From: an uncultured Planctomycetota bacterium | GTDB lineage: Bacteria > Planctomycetota > Planctomycetia > Isosphaerales > Isosphaeraceae | Reading direction: 5' to 3' | DNA: 64,000 bases | Assembly (NCBI GenBank): GCA_963823665.1 | Contig: CAWGMQ010000005.1 | Location: 960,001 to 1,024,000 of the forward strand | Shown here: one piece after another, positions 1 through 12,700 of the stretch | Position numbering within the stretch: the stretch's first letter is position 1 | Layout: each line of letters opens with the position of its first letter | The notes under the pieces: model-generated | Told to the model about the DNA's origin: nothing | Seen by the model: the letters and a program-made list of their open reading frames with translations, nothing else | Database searches by the model: none | Made by a program: the position numbers and the translations under genes

Positions 1-700
1 CGCCGCTTGCACCGAATCGGCGCTGGTGTTGAAGTCGAGCGGATACGTGACCTCGGTCGTGCCGCTCGCGACGGCGGAGATCGTGAACGTTCCCGCGGTG
101 GCGTCGTTGAATAACTCCAAGGCCCCGGCGGGCTCGGCTTGCTGCGTGCTCTGGTAGGACAAACCGGCGTCGTTGGTGGCGAGGTTGGAAACGCCGGTGC
201 CGATGATGACCCAGGGGTTCACCGCGGTGCCCGCGCCGGTCACCGTGACCTGGACGCCGGCCAGCGTGTTGAGGGCCGTCTGCACGGCGCCCGAATCGGC
301 ATTGTAAGCCAGGGTGCCGGTGGTCTCGGCCGTCCCATTGACGGTCGCGGTGATCGTGAACATGCCGCCACTGGCCGTATTCCACAGCCGCTGCTCTCCG
401 TCTGCGACGGTTCCCACGGTGCCGCTGCCCCCCTCGAGTCCCTGATCGTTGGCGGTAAGCCCCGACACGCCGCTGATCAGCCAGGGGTCAGTCGCCGTGC
501 CCACGCCGGTCACAGTGGCCTGCACGCCCGGGAGGGCATCGAGAGCAGCTTGGAGCTCGGGCGCGGTGGCGTTATAGGCCAGCGGGCCAGCCGTCTCGAT
601 CTGGCCATTCACGGTTACCAAGAGCGTGAAGGTGCCGCCGGTCGCGCGATTCCAGAGCTGCTGCGCGCCGGCCGGCACAGCTTGAACTGTGCTGCTGCCC
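1..700 (-). repeat. About 3 copies of a ~90-aa coding repeat (QQLWNxAxGGxFT...AYNA...VQxAL...VTVTGxGTxxxPW) in the giant protein
   Basis: Minus-strand translation shows repeated QQLWN/GGTFT/AYNA/VTGxGT..PW motifs; the last copy runs off the window. Confidence 0.65.
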
Positions 701-3700
701 CCCGTCGCCTTGAGCGTCAGGTCGTTCGAAACCAGGGAAGCGCCCGCAAGATTCGTGATGCTCCCCTGCGCGGTGATCGTCGTCGTGCCGTTGGGGTTGA
801 CGATCGCGCCGGACAAGATGACCGGAGCGTTCGAGTTGATCGTGACGTTGCCGCTGGTCAATCCGGAGAAATTAATGCCGATGGGATTGTCGGCCTTGAC
901 CGAGTTGGTGAGGGTGATCGACGCGCTGTCGAAGTAACTGTAGTACCAGGGATCGACAACCCCACCACTGTCGGAGAACGACGGGTTGTATGGTGCAAAT
1001 CCATAGTCCCCGTCGTGGTAGTAGACGAGTTGGGTGTACGAGGCCGACGCCGACCCGGATATCGTTTCGTAGAAGTCGTCGGACTCCAGGGAAGGGTCGT
1101 TGGAGTCGTTGACGATGCTGCCGGTCGGGGTGCTCACGCCACTGATAACGGCGGTGGGGTTGCCATTCGCATCGAGGTACGCCCACGGGTCGTTCGCATT
1201 CAGCTCGCCTGCAGGGGTCGAGAACACCCAGTTGCCGGGCGAGATGCCGTCGATCTCGCTTTTTGAATTGTAGCTAATTCCGAGGTCGCGCGTGAGATTG
1301 GCCTCGAGCGTCCACTGAAAGCGGTAGCCGCTCGCGGGAGAGTAGCTCGCCGTCGTCCCGGGCGTAGGCACGACGGAAGAGCCCGCCATCAGATCGGCCT
1401 CGGTCTCTCCCGCCGTGCCTCGGTATGTGGAAATGCCCACCCCGGGTTGGTAGACGTAAAGGCTCTGCTGGGTGGCATACGGTTGGTTGGTGTCGATGAT
1501 ATCGACCTTACTCGATACGATTGAGCTCAGGGAGTTGGTGCCGGCCGACACGTTCTGCACCACCACCGGGATGCCCGTTTCATTGTCGATCGTCACCGCG
1601 CCCAAGCCGCCGTTGACGTGAATATTGCCCAGAGTATTGGTGCTGATCACGGCGCCGTCCATGGCGAACGACCCGCCTCCGGACGAGGCGCTCACGTTAT
1701 TGAGGACGATCTGGTTCGTGGCCGCGTTGTATTGCGCGGTGATCGTGGAGTCGGAGGCGACCACCGGCGCCACCGGCAGGCCGAACAGCGGATTGCCGCC
1801 GACTTCGTCGTAGTATGTCCGTATTGCTGCAATGTAGGCCGTGAGCACCGCGGGCAGATCGACCGACCAGGCGTTGGGCTGGCCGACGGTGATCGCGCTG
1901 TCGAGGTCGATGATATTGGCGTTGATCAGAATCTGCGCCGCGTGGAGGGCGCTCGCACTGCCGCCCATCAGGTTGGCCTGACTGTACGACGCCGTCTCGG
2001 TGAGCGACTCGGCGGGGACATCGGGAAAATAGCCCTCGTTGCCGCCGGCCGAGCCCGAGATCGCGTGGGCCTGGCCGATCGGGCTGTCCTGATCGGCCGT
2101 TCCCAAGCTGCCATTGTGCGTGATACTTCCGACCCAGGGCATGTCGCCGCCGTAGAAGACCTCGCTCGTCGTGTAGGCCGCATCGCCGGCATCGCCGATG
2201 AGGGCCACGGTGAAGTCGGAGGTTGTGTACTGGCCGCTTGAGTTAAATGCCGCGTTGGCCGCGTAGGCGACGGCGTCGTTCCCGTTGGGCGCGGGGTTAG
2301 TGGACGTGGCCGAGGTGGGGTTCCCGCCCGGCCACAGGATCACGTTAGCCCACTCGTCGTAGGGCGCCGAGCCGGTGATTTCGACGCCGTTGGAGGGGCT
2401 GATGACGTAGATGCCGTTCGGGGAGGTGATGCTCGCTTGCTCGGCGTTGATCGCGCCCAGTTGCGCAATCGACCCGTCGACGTTGGTGATGGCAACGCCT
2501 CCGCCCAGGTTGTTGATATCGCCGTTCAAGTACACCGCCGGGCCTGGGCCGGGCGTGGTCGCGGAAGTGCCCACCGAGTTCGGGTAGTTTTCGTTGATCG
2601 TGACGACCGCGCCCGAGCCTTGCCCGTTCGGCGTGACTGTGATTCCGGCCTTTTTAGCTGCCGTCTGGCCCGCCGCCCCCGTGAAGAGCACTTCCCCGCC
2701 CGGCAAGAACGGGATGGTGATCACGTCAAAGACGAGATAGTCGGGGCTTGCATTCGTAACGGAGATGGTGGGCCCGCCAAAGGCGGTGATCGACCCGCCG
2801 CCCGTAAGGGTGTCCGCGTTGACCGTCACGATGCCTCCCGCGGCGTAGAGCGGGCTGAAGATAAGCGCGCCGACCGGCGAGGTCGACGTGTCTGCGTCAA
2901 ACGCGGTGGCGTCGTCTTGCGAGCTGAAATAGGGGTCCTCGCTCGATGGGCTGAAGCTCGAGTCGAACATCACCGTGAAGGGCGCGTACAGGATTCCGTC
3001 GCTGGCATTCACCTCGATCGGGCTGCCATTCACCTCGATCGGCGTGGTGTCGGTGTAAATGCCCGCGTCCTTGTCATCGGGGATGACGATATCCAGCTCG
3101 TGGTAGATGCCGGCGGTGATGGTGCCGTTCTGGGTCACGCTCGACGACGTCGATTCGGTGGGTGTGCTCGAGCTGGCCGAGGTGGATAAGGCAGACGTGT
3201 CGTAATACGCGGTGCCGTTGGCCGAGGGACTGCGCGCGCCCGGGAAGGCGCCGATGGAGACGTTCTGCCCGCTGCTCACCACAGCGCCAGAGTCGATGGT
3301 CAGAGAAGCGTTCGAAGCCAAGGTGGTCACGGCCGTGGCCTGGGGAACGGCGATGAGGCCGATGAAGTAACTCTGGGCGTTCGAGAGCCCGGTCATGGTG
3401 GTGTTGAACAACCCCGTGGGCTCGTTCCCGGCTGTGAGATTGACATTGCCGAAGGCGGAGATGGTGGTGTTCGTGCCCACAGTGACCGACTGGTTCGTGG
3501 TCACGCCGGTGGTCGCGTAGGCGATGCCCACGGCGGCCAGCCCGTAGGTGTTCACCTCCGAATTGGTCTGGGCATCCACCGTGGTATAGGTGCCCAGGCC
3601 GATATTGCCGCTAGAGGTCAAGTTGTCGTCGGTGCCGGTGGTAACCGAGTTGGTGAGCGTGGCGTCAAGATTCGAATTGGTGCCGGCGCCCTCGATGGCA

Positions 3701-6700
3701 CCGCCGGCGGTAAGCGTGACTGTGTCGTCGGTATTGAGGGTGCTCGAAGCGGCGATATCGATGCCGCCGGGGTTGGTGTTGGGATCGGTCCCCGAGGTGA
3801 TGCTGACAAGGTTCCCCAGGTTCACACTCGAAGTGCCCACGAGGGTGTCTTTGGAAAGAACGGCCGAGCCGTTGGCCACCCCGCCCGCCCCGCCGGCGGC
3901 GCCGCTGCCCGAAGGTTCGACGAACTGGTTTTGCGCCGTTGCCGTCACCGTGCCCGAGGCGATGATGGCGGTGCTGTCCCCGGTGGTGTCGCCGATATTC
4001 ACGGTCGCACTCACAGGCGACGGCGATCCGGACTGCGTGGTGTCCGTGGCGGTTGCCTTGGCGCCGCTGCCGCCCAAGGCGGCGGCGAGGGTCGAGTTGG
4101 CGCTGGGGGCGTAATTGTCGGCGTTCGTGGCACTCACCGTGACGGTGCCGGCGTAGATGATACTGCCGCCGCCGATGCCCGCGCAGGCGGTCGAGGTGTC
4201 GTTGCTGTTGGCGGTTGCCGCATCGCCGGCCAGAACGCCGCCGCTGCCGGCCGTGCTCGAGGCGGTGTTCGTGTCCGAGCCCGACGCCGTGACGGAAAGC
4301 GCCCCGGTCCGGCCTGCGTTGGTATTGTTGTTGGTTCCCAGGTTGGCCGTGGTCGTGACGCCGGAACTGGCCGTGGCCGTGCTCGAGCCCACGCCGACCA
4401 AGCCCGCCGCGCCGGCGGTGGCATTGGCCGATTGGGCGGTCTGGTTCGTGGCCTCGATCGTCACATCCCCATCGGGAAGCGTGACGCCAGGGCCGGTGTA
4501 GGCCTTGATCGAACCCTGATTGGACGCGGTGGCGACCGTGGCTTCCACGCCCAGAAGGATGCCGCCGGCACCCCCCACCGAGGAGGCATAAGCCGTCGGA
4601 TCGGTGTTGCCCTCTTGGCCCTGGCCGGCCATCACGGTCAGACTTCCGGCGGTGATAGTGGCGGCGCTTGGGCTGTTGGCGCTGTCGGACGGGTTGGCCA
4701 CTCCCACAAAGGCAGAAACACTGGGTGCAACCACGGCACTCGTGACCGACGCGCCGATGCCCGCGCCTTCCGCGACGGCCACGCCGAATGCCTTGGCCGT
4801 GGCCGTGGGGGTCACCGTCGCCTGCACCATCATGGCGTTCGTGACCGTGAGTGGATTCGTGCCCGTCGAAGCCTGCACGTTGGGCGACGTCGTGGCGCTC
4901 GCGCCGGCGCCTTCGCCGGAGACGACGCCGCCGGCGAAGGCAGTGGCTTCGGCATCCGACGAATCGGTCGCCGTGGTCTGGACCGTCAGATTTTCGCAGC
5001 CGGTGATCACGCCATCCATGTACGAATTCGCCGAGCCATTGGCCAAGGCGGTCGTGGTGCTCGAGCCGATAGCGAGGGAGCCGCCGGCAATGCCATAGGT
5101 CATGGTCGTGGCGCCGTTGGTCGTCGTGGCGGTGATGGAGATATTGCCGGCGGCGTGCACGGTGGCCCCGCTACCCGCATAGGCTGTCACGCTGGGGCTG
5201 ACGTCGGCGATGGCATTGCCGCCGGCGAGGGCGCCGCCCGATGTGGCCGCTATCGACGTGGCCACCGACAGCGTGATCACCGAATCGTTCGAGCTGGCGC
5301 CGATCGAAATCTGGCCTCCGGAGGAGGTGATCTTCGCGTTATCGACGTAAGCGGTGATGCTGCTCTCCACGGTGTTATCGGCCGTGGAGACGCCGATCGA
5401 GCCGCCAATGTCGGCGCCTGCCCCGGCCCCGGCCCCGACTTCCGAGGTAATAGGGGCATTTTCCGCGGCGTCGAGCGTGATGTCGCCCTTCGCCGTGATC
5501 TTGCTCGGGGCGCTGGCGGAAGCGCCTTCGATATAGCTGGCGATCGTGTTTTTCACCATGTTGGTGGAGCTAGCGCCCGCGCCGGAGAAGGCCGCGCCCA
5601 GCGGCGAAGCGGCGACCGCGACGGTGGCCGCGACGGAGGTGGCCTGGATATCGGCCGTCGTGGGCACGATGGCGCTGAGCATGATCTGGCCCGCCGAGTT
5701 GATGGTCGAGGCGTCACTGTAGGCCTCGACCGTGTCGTCGACGCTGTTATCGGCGATGGCCGCGCCGATGGCAAAAGTCGCGGCCACCGCACCGGCGGCG
5801 AACGACACGCTTGCGGCGACGGTTTTGGCTGTGAGGTTGGGCGAATCCGTCGCCGTCAGGGTGACATCCCCGCTCGTTGTGGTGGTCACGGAAGCGCCGT
5901 CGGCGAGGTAGGCCTCGACGGTATTCTGGAGACTGTTGGTGGAATTACCACCGGCACCGGCGGCAGCACCGGCGGAGTCGCCGGCGCCGATGGCCACCGC
6001 GCCGCCGACGGTCACCGCAAAGATGGTCGTGTTCTCGGCCGCGGCCAGAGTCACACTGTATCCCGATGCGCTACAGGTGGAGTCGTCGACGTAGGCCAGG
6101 ACCGAATTGTCAATGTTGTTGGTGGCGACGGCAAAGCCAACGGCGGCCGCGAGGCCGGCACCGATGCCACCGACACCCACGGCCAGGCCGCCGCCGCCGG
6201 CGGTGATCGAGGAAGTGTCGGTCGCATCGATCGAGAGGCTGCCTCCACTCGCGGTCACCGTGCTCTTGCCCGAGACATAGGCATCAACATTGTTCTCGAT
6301 GGTGTTGCTCGAATCCGAACCGGCCACGGCCAACCCGGTGCCCTCAAAGCCGCCGACGCCCGCCGCGACGGCCCCACCGACCGTCACCGTCATGATGGTC
6401 GCGTTTTCGGTCGCGCTCAATTCCACGGCGCCCGCCGACTTCACGACCGCGTCATTTATATACGCCTTGACTGTGTTCTCGATGTCGTTGTTGGCCGCGG
6501 CCGCTCCCAGCGAGGCGCCGGTCCCGTCGCCGGCACCGACGCCGACGCCGATGCCCAGCCCGCCGGCGATCGCCTCGATGGAAGAGGTATCGAGGGCCGT
6601 CACGATCACGTCTCCGCCGCCGAAGGTCATGACCTCGCTGTTGCCCTGGATGTCGGCATCCACGTTGTTCATGACCGTGTTGCCGGACCCGGCGCCCGCG

Positions 6701-9700
6701 CCGCCCAAGCCGACGCCGTCGGCGCCGCCGCTTTGTCCGACACCCACGGCACCGCCGATCGTCCAGGCATCGATCGTTGCCGTCTCGGCCGCGATCACGA
6801 CCACGTCCCCGCCGGTCGTGTTCACCGTGGAGTTGTTGATATAAGCCTGGACCGTGTCCTGGACGTCGTTGATGGCCACCGAGATGCCGACGGAAGCACC
6901 GACACCACCGATCAAACCGCTGCCCACCCCCACACTCAGGGACCCGGCGACGGTCTCGATGGTGGGCTCATCCCCGGCGCCGATGCTGATCACGCCCGAG
7001 TCGGAAGTAACGCTGCTGTTGTTGATATAGGAAAGAACCCGATTCTCCACCGTGTCGCCGGAGCCGGCGCCGGCCCCGGAGCCGCCGATGCCGCCGAGTC
7101 CGCCCGTAGTCGTGGCGACGGAGACACCGATTGAGAGAGCCTTGATCGTCGGCTGCGACGTGGCGAGCAGGAGGACGTTGCCCGCGGAAACAACGTGGGA
7201 GCTGTTCACGTAGGCTTCGGTGGTGTTCTCGATCTCGTTGGAGGCCACCGACACCCCGGCGGCCAGCCCAAGGCCGGTCGTGGCAATGGCGACGCCGACG
7301 CCGCCGGCCAGCGCCTCGATGGTTGAGGTGTCCTGCGCGGTCACGGCTAGACTGCCCGAGCCGGAGGCCGTGGTGGAGACCTCAGGCGAGCCGGAGATAT
7401 GGGCGTCGGTGGTGTTGCGGATGATGTTTATCGAGACCGCCCCGCCGAGCGAGGCTTTGAGGAGACCTTTGCCCACCGCGGCCGAACCCGCGACGGTGAT
7501 GTTAAAGATCTGGCCGGTGTACGTGGCGCTCACGTCGATCTGACTGGCTTTCAAGCTGCCGGCGACGTTCTCGATGGCGGCGCGGACGACGTTGTTTTTG
7601 GTCGAAGTCGGATCGCTGGGATCGCCGCCCAGGTAGTTGAACGAGACCGAGGCGCCAACGGCGCCGAGGCCCCCTTGCGCCAACGCCGGCAATCGCTATC
7701 GCGCCGGCCAAGGACTCGATCGTCGAGGCGTCGCTCGCGGTCACGCTGAGTATGCCGCCGGCATGAATGGACTGGGAGGTGGCGATGTTCGACACCGCGG
7801 CTTCGACCGTGTTGTCGACCCAGTTGAGCGACAACGAGCCGGCAAAGGCGCCCGCGGCGGCGCCCGAACCGCTGACGGACATGGCGGCGATCTGCGCGTC
7901 AAGGCCCGGCGGCAACGTCGTGGACCTGGCGAACGTGGCACTTACCGTCATGGCGCCGCCTGATGAAGCGGCCGAGTCGTCGATCGTTGCGGTGTCGGTG
8001 TCCGCGATGTCGTTGACGGCCACGGCAGCGGCCCCGGCGCCGCTGCCGCCCAAGCTGGCGCCGATGTTGCCCGCCAGGGTGGCGATCGACGCCGTATCGG
8101 TAGCCATTACCGACAGCGCGCCGGCAGCGGTCACCAGCGACGGCGTGCCGCCGTTGCCGACACCCCCGCTCGCGGCGATAAAGGCGTCCACCGTGTTGGT
8201 GATAAAGTTGATGGCGAAAGAACCGCCGAAGGCGCTGCCGGTACTGGAACCGGCGCCGCCGACCACGACGTTGATGTCCTGCGCCGTCTCGGCGGCGGTG
8301 ATGTTGACGGCACCGCCGGACGCGACGGTTGATCCCTCCACATAGGCTTTCACACTGTTCGAGATATCGTTCACGCCGACGGAGGCGTTGACGGCGAAAC
8401 CTCCGCCGACCGAGATTGCCACAGAGACGGTGCCGGAGCCGATCTCCGAGGTGTCGCTCGACTCGACGTCCACATCGCCCCCGGCCTGGACGTCCGAGTC
8501 GTTGGAGATGTGAGCATCAACATTCATGCGGACGAAGTTCAGATTCACCGCGCCGGCGCCGGCTTTGTTCGTGCCTCCCGCCCCGGCGGCCGTGACGCTG
8601 ACCAACTGGCCGCTGATGGGAACGGGCAATGGCACCGTCACGTCCCCCAGGTCGAACTGAGTGGGTTTGACCACCAGGCTCTGGTTCGACCCGGTCCCGG
8701 GCGAGGTCAGAAACACCGGCTCGTTGTTGACGGCGTTATTGAACGTCGCCGCCAGCTTGATATGCGTGGGGTCAACCACGATGACGTAATAGGTTTGGCC
8801 GTCGGTCAGGCCGCCGATGCTCGTGCCTCCGCCGTTGTCATAAAAGACGGCATCGCCGGTGGCCAGGTCGGGGCTGCTGGCGAAGCTGATCTCGTCGGCC
8901 GCGGGGTTCGTGGTCGTCACGTCCGAGGCGGCGAAGGGCAGCGCCGAGCCGGGCAGGACCGGAGTGAAGCTTTGCCCATCGCCGCTGCCTGAGGAAGTGA
9001 GCGTGATCGGGGTCGGATCCGCGGCTGTGGCGTTGGCCAGGGACGATGCCAACTGGATGGTAAAGTCATTGACCCTGATGACGTAATACGCCATGCCGCT
9101 CGTCAGGCCGCCGATGCTGGTGCCGCCGCCGTTGTCGTAGACCACCTCCTGACCGGTCGAGAAGCCGGGGGCGGCGGAGAACGTGATCGCGCTCGTGACG
9201 GACCCAATGGCGGCGCGGATCTCCTTCTGGACTTCCGCGGCCAGCGAGTCGGCCGTGTATGTCGCGGGGGCCAGCGTGACCGTGATCGGCGTGCCGTTCG
9301 CCGTCAGGTCCAGAGTGTCGTTGCTGCCGGTCGTGATGGTGAGGTTGGCGGCCGCGGACCCCGTGATCGAGTCGCCGTTCGTGGTGGGAGCAGCGCCGAG
9401 CAAGCCAAATTCCGCGTCGCCCCCGGTCACGATGAAGTTCGCGTCGTTCGAGCTGATGGTCAGCACGCCCAGGTTCTGGGTAACGTCGACTGTGACGATC
9501 GGGACCGTGCTGCCCGGCAGTGTGACGCTCTGGGCGGATGGACTGAAGAATGCGGTCTCGGCGGTGTCGAGCGGAGCGATGGTTTGGCTCGAGCTCGTGC
9601 CGGAGGAGCTCAAGGGGATCGCTGTATACGATGTGGGCACCGTGAAGGAGCCGGTGCCGGCCGAGGTCAAGGTGATGGCGGTGCCGTTATTGGCGTCGTT

Positions 9701-12700
9701 GAGCGAGTCGGCCAGCATGATGTCCGTCGCGTCAACGCTGATCACGTAGTAGGTCGTGCCGTCGGTGAGCCCGCCGATGGGGGTGCCATTGCCGACGTTA
9801 TAAAGAACGGCCTCTCCGGTGTACAAGGCGGGACTGCCCGAGGGGAGCGAGATCTCGTTGGTCGAAGTGTTCACTCCGGCCACGTTGACCTGGATGGGGG
9901 TTCCAGAAACCGCGTCATCGTAGGTCGCGGCCAGCTTGATCGTGTAGGGATCAAGCACGATGACGTAATACGACTGACCGTTGGTCAGCCCGCCGATGCT
10001 CGAGCCGCCGCCGTTGTTGTAGACGACCTCCTGCCCCGTCGTCAGGCCATCGGGGGTGGCGAAGTGAATGGCGTCGCCGCTGACCGTGACATTCGAGCTG
10101 GGGTTGATATCCAGGGTGGTCGAGTCGGGGAGTGTGGTCGGGCTATTGAAGCCGGAGAGGACGAGGACCCGGCCGCCGGCGGTCACGCTTGAACTGTCGA
10201 TATAGGCCGTGACGTTGCTCGTTGGCTCGGGCACCGTGAAGGTTCCCGTGCCGGTCGAGGAGGTCAGGGGGATGATCTCGGTGGGGCTCGAGCTCGTGGC
10301 GTCACTGAGAGAGGGGTCGAGCTCAATGTCGGTCGAATCGACGGAAACGACGTAATAGGTGGTCCCGTCCTTGAGGCCACCGATGTCGGTGCCGCCGTTG
10401 CTGTGGTAGGTAACCGGCGCGCCCGTGTAGAAGCCGGGATCGCTGGCGAAGCTGAGCTCGTCGCCGTCGGTGATGACGGCGTTCACATCGGAGGGGCCGA
10501 ACGTGGCAGCCGGCGAGGCCATTAACGGGGTGAAAGTGTGCCCCGTGCCGCTGCCCAAATTAGGGCCGAGGGTGACGGGGATGGTGGGCGTGGAGAGGGC
10601 GTTTGCCTGGCTGGCGGCGAGCTCAATCCCGTTGTCGGGGGCCAGGATAATGTAGGAGCTGGCCCCCTCGGTCAGGCCATCGATGCTGGTGCCGCCGGCG
10701 TTGTCGTAGACCAGCTCTTCGCCGCTCGAGAGGCCGTCCGCGGCGAAGATGGCGCCGTTCAGTTCCTTTTGTAGCTCGGCGGCCAGGCCGGCGATGGTAT
10801 ACGTCCCCGGAGCCAGCGTGATCTCGAGCGCCGTGCCGTCCACGTTCACCACGAGGGTGTCGTTGCTGCTGGAAATCGTGGTGGAATTGGCGGCGGCGCT
10901 CGAGCCGGTGATCGAGGTGCTCGTGGTTGAAGGCGAGCTGCCGAAGAGCGCGGTCAAAGCGGATCCGCTCACCTCGATGTCGGGGGCCGAGCCAGGCAGT
11001 GGGACATTGTAATTCACAAGCAGCGTGCCGCTGCTCTGCGTGACGCTGAAGAGGTAAATCTCGTTCCCGGAGATCGAGGAATTCGTGGGATTGAACGTCA
11101 CGGCCGGCGTGGATTGCAGATTCGTAAGCGTGAAGGTTTGGCCCGAGCTCGTGCTGCCGGTCGAGGACAGGGCGATCGCCGTGCCGGCCGCGGCGTTCGC
11201 GCTGCTCGAGGCGAGCTGGATGTGGTTGGGAACAATGACGATGACGTAATACGTCTGGCCATCGACCAGGCCGGCAATGGGGCTACCGCCGCCGGCATGA
11301 TAGACGACCGCGTCCCCGGTCGAAAAACCATGGTTGGGTAAATCGATTTCGGTATCGACGGGAACCGGGTTATCCGCGGTCACGCTGACGGTCGTGCTGC
11401 CCGGGAGGATGCCGTCGCTGTACGACAGAACGTTGGGATCAAGCGGCGACAAGCCGCCCAGGTAGTTGTACGCGATCGAGGCGCCGATCGCGCTGCCGGC
11501 GGCGGTCCCGGCGATGCCCAGGGCGACCACGTACTCCGAGGCCGCCTCGCTCGAGTTCACCGTCACATCGCCGCCAGGAGCCGTCACGGTCGAGTCAATC
11601 ACGTGCGCGTCTACTGTATTGGCGATGGAGTTGATGGTCAGCGTGCCGGCGCCGGCAATGCTCGTGCTGCTGCCGGCCCCTTCGGCGCCCACCGCCACCA
11701 GGAGCGGGCTCGACGTAGCCGACAAGCTGACGGAACCACCGGACTCAACTGTGGAATCGGCGATGTAGGCGGTGATGGCGTTGCTGATTCGGTTGTAGCT
11801 GATTGAGACGCCGCCGGCCTTGCCGCTCAAGGAGACCGCCACCCCGCCGGCGATGGCGACGATGAGCGAATCGTCGCTGGCGCTTGAAGACAGCGCCGCC
11901 AGCCGTGACCTGCGAGCCGTCGTCGATCAGAGCACCGATCGCATCGACGATCTGGTTGACGCTGATGGAGCCCGCCGCCGCCCAGCCTGAGCCGAGACCG
12001 GCGGCGATGCCGACGTTCACGCCGCCGATCTGCGCGGTGGACTGAGACTTGACCGTCACCGCCCCGCCGACGTTCACTTTGACGTCATCGAGATAGGACT
12101 CGATGGTGGACTGGATGTCGTTGTACCCGATCGCTGCACCCAGGTTTTTGCCCGTACCGTTGCCGCCCGCGACTGCAAAGCCGATGGCCACGATGCCGGA
12201 GGTGTCGTTGGTCTCGAGGTCCAGGCTCACCGGGCCGGTGGAGGTCATTCCGGCGGGAGGCGCCACCTCGGTGACGGTCGAGTCCTGGATGTAGGCTTCG
12301 GTTTCGTTCTTGATCACGTTGACCGAGACCATGCCGGCGCCGGCCGTCGGCCCGTTGCCGAGCCCGACGAACCCGGTGATGGTGATGATCCGCGGGTCGG
12401 AGGTGCTGTTCTCATTCTGCGCCGAGACCTTGAGCGTGCCGCCGGTCATGTTGACCGTCGAGCCGGTGATGTACGCATCGGTCGTGGCGGGCTGGTTGGG
12501 GATGATCTGGACCTGGTTCGAGAAGCCGATCAGGTTCACGGCGATCGCGGCCCCGTAGCCCCCCGCTCCGCCGTAGGTGCCCGCGCCGGCCACGGACCAG
12601 ATCAGCGACGAGTCGGCGGCGGAGACGTGCGAGTCGTCCGCGAGATCGAGGGTTGAGTTCGTGACGTAGGCGTCGGTATTCGGCAGCAGGATGTTGATCG

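Noticed and set aside
3931..7134. 1067-aa + strand ORF (and other long + strand ORFs such as 139-1266, 2437-3189 and 16261-18249)
   Set aside because: These are Arg/Gly-rich in-register antisense shadows of the giant minus-strand gene, typical of high-GC DNA.
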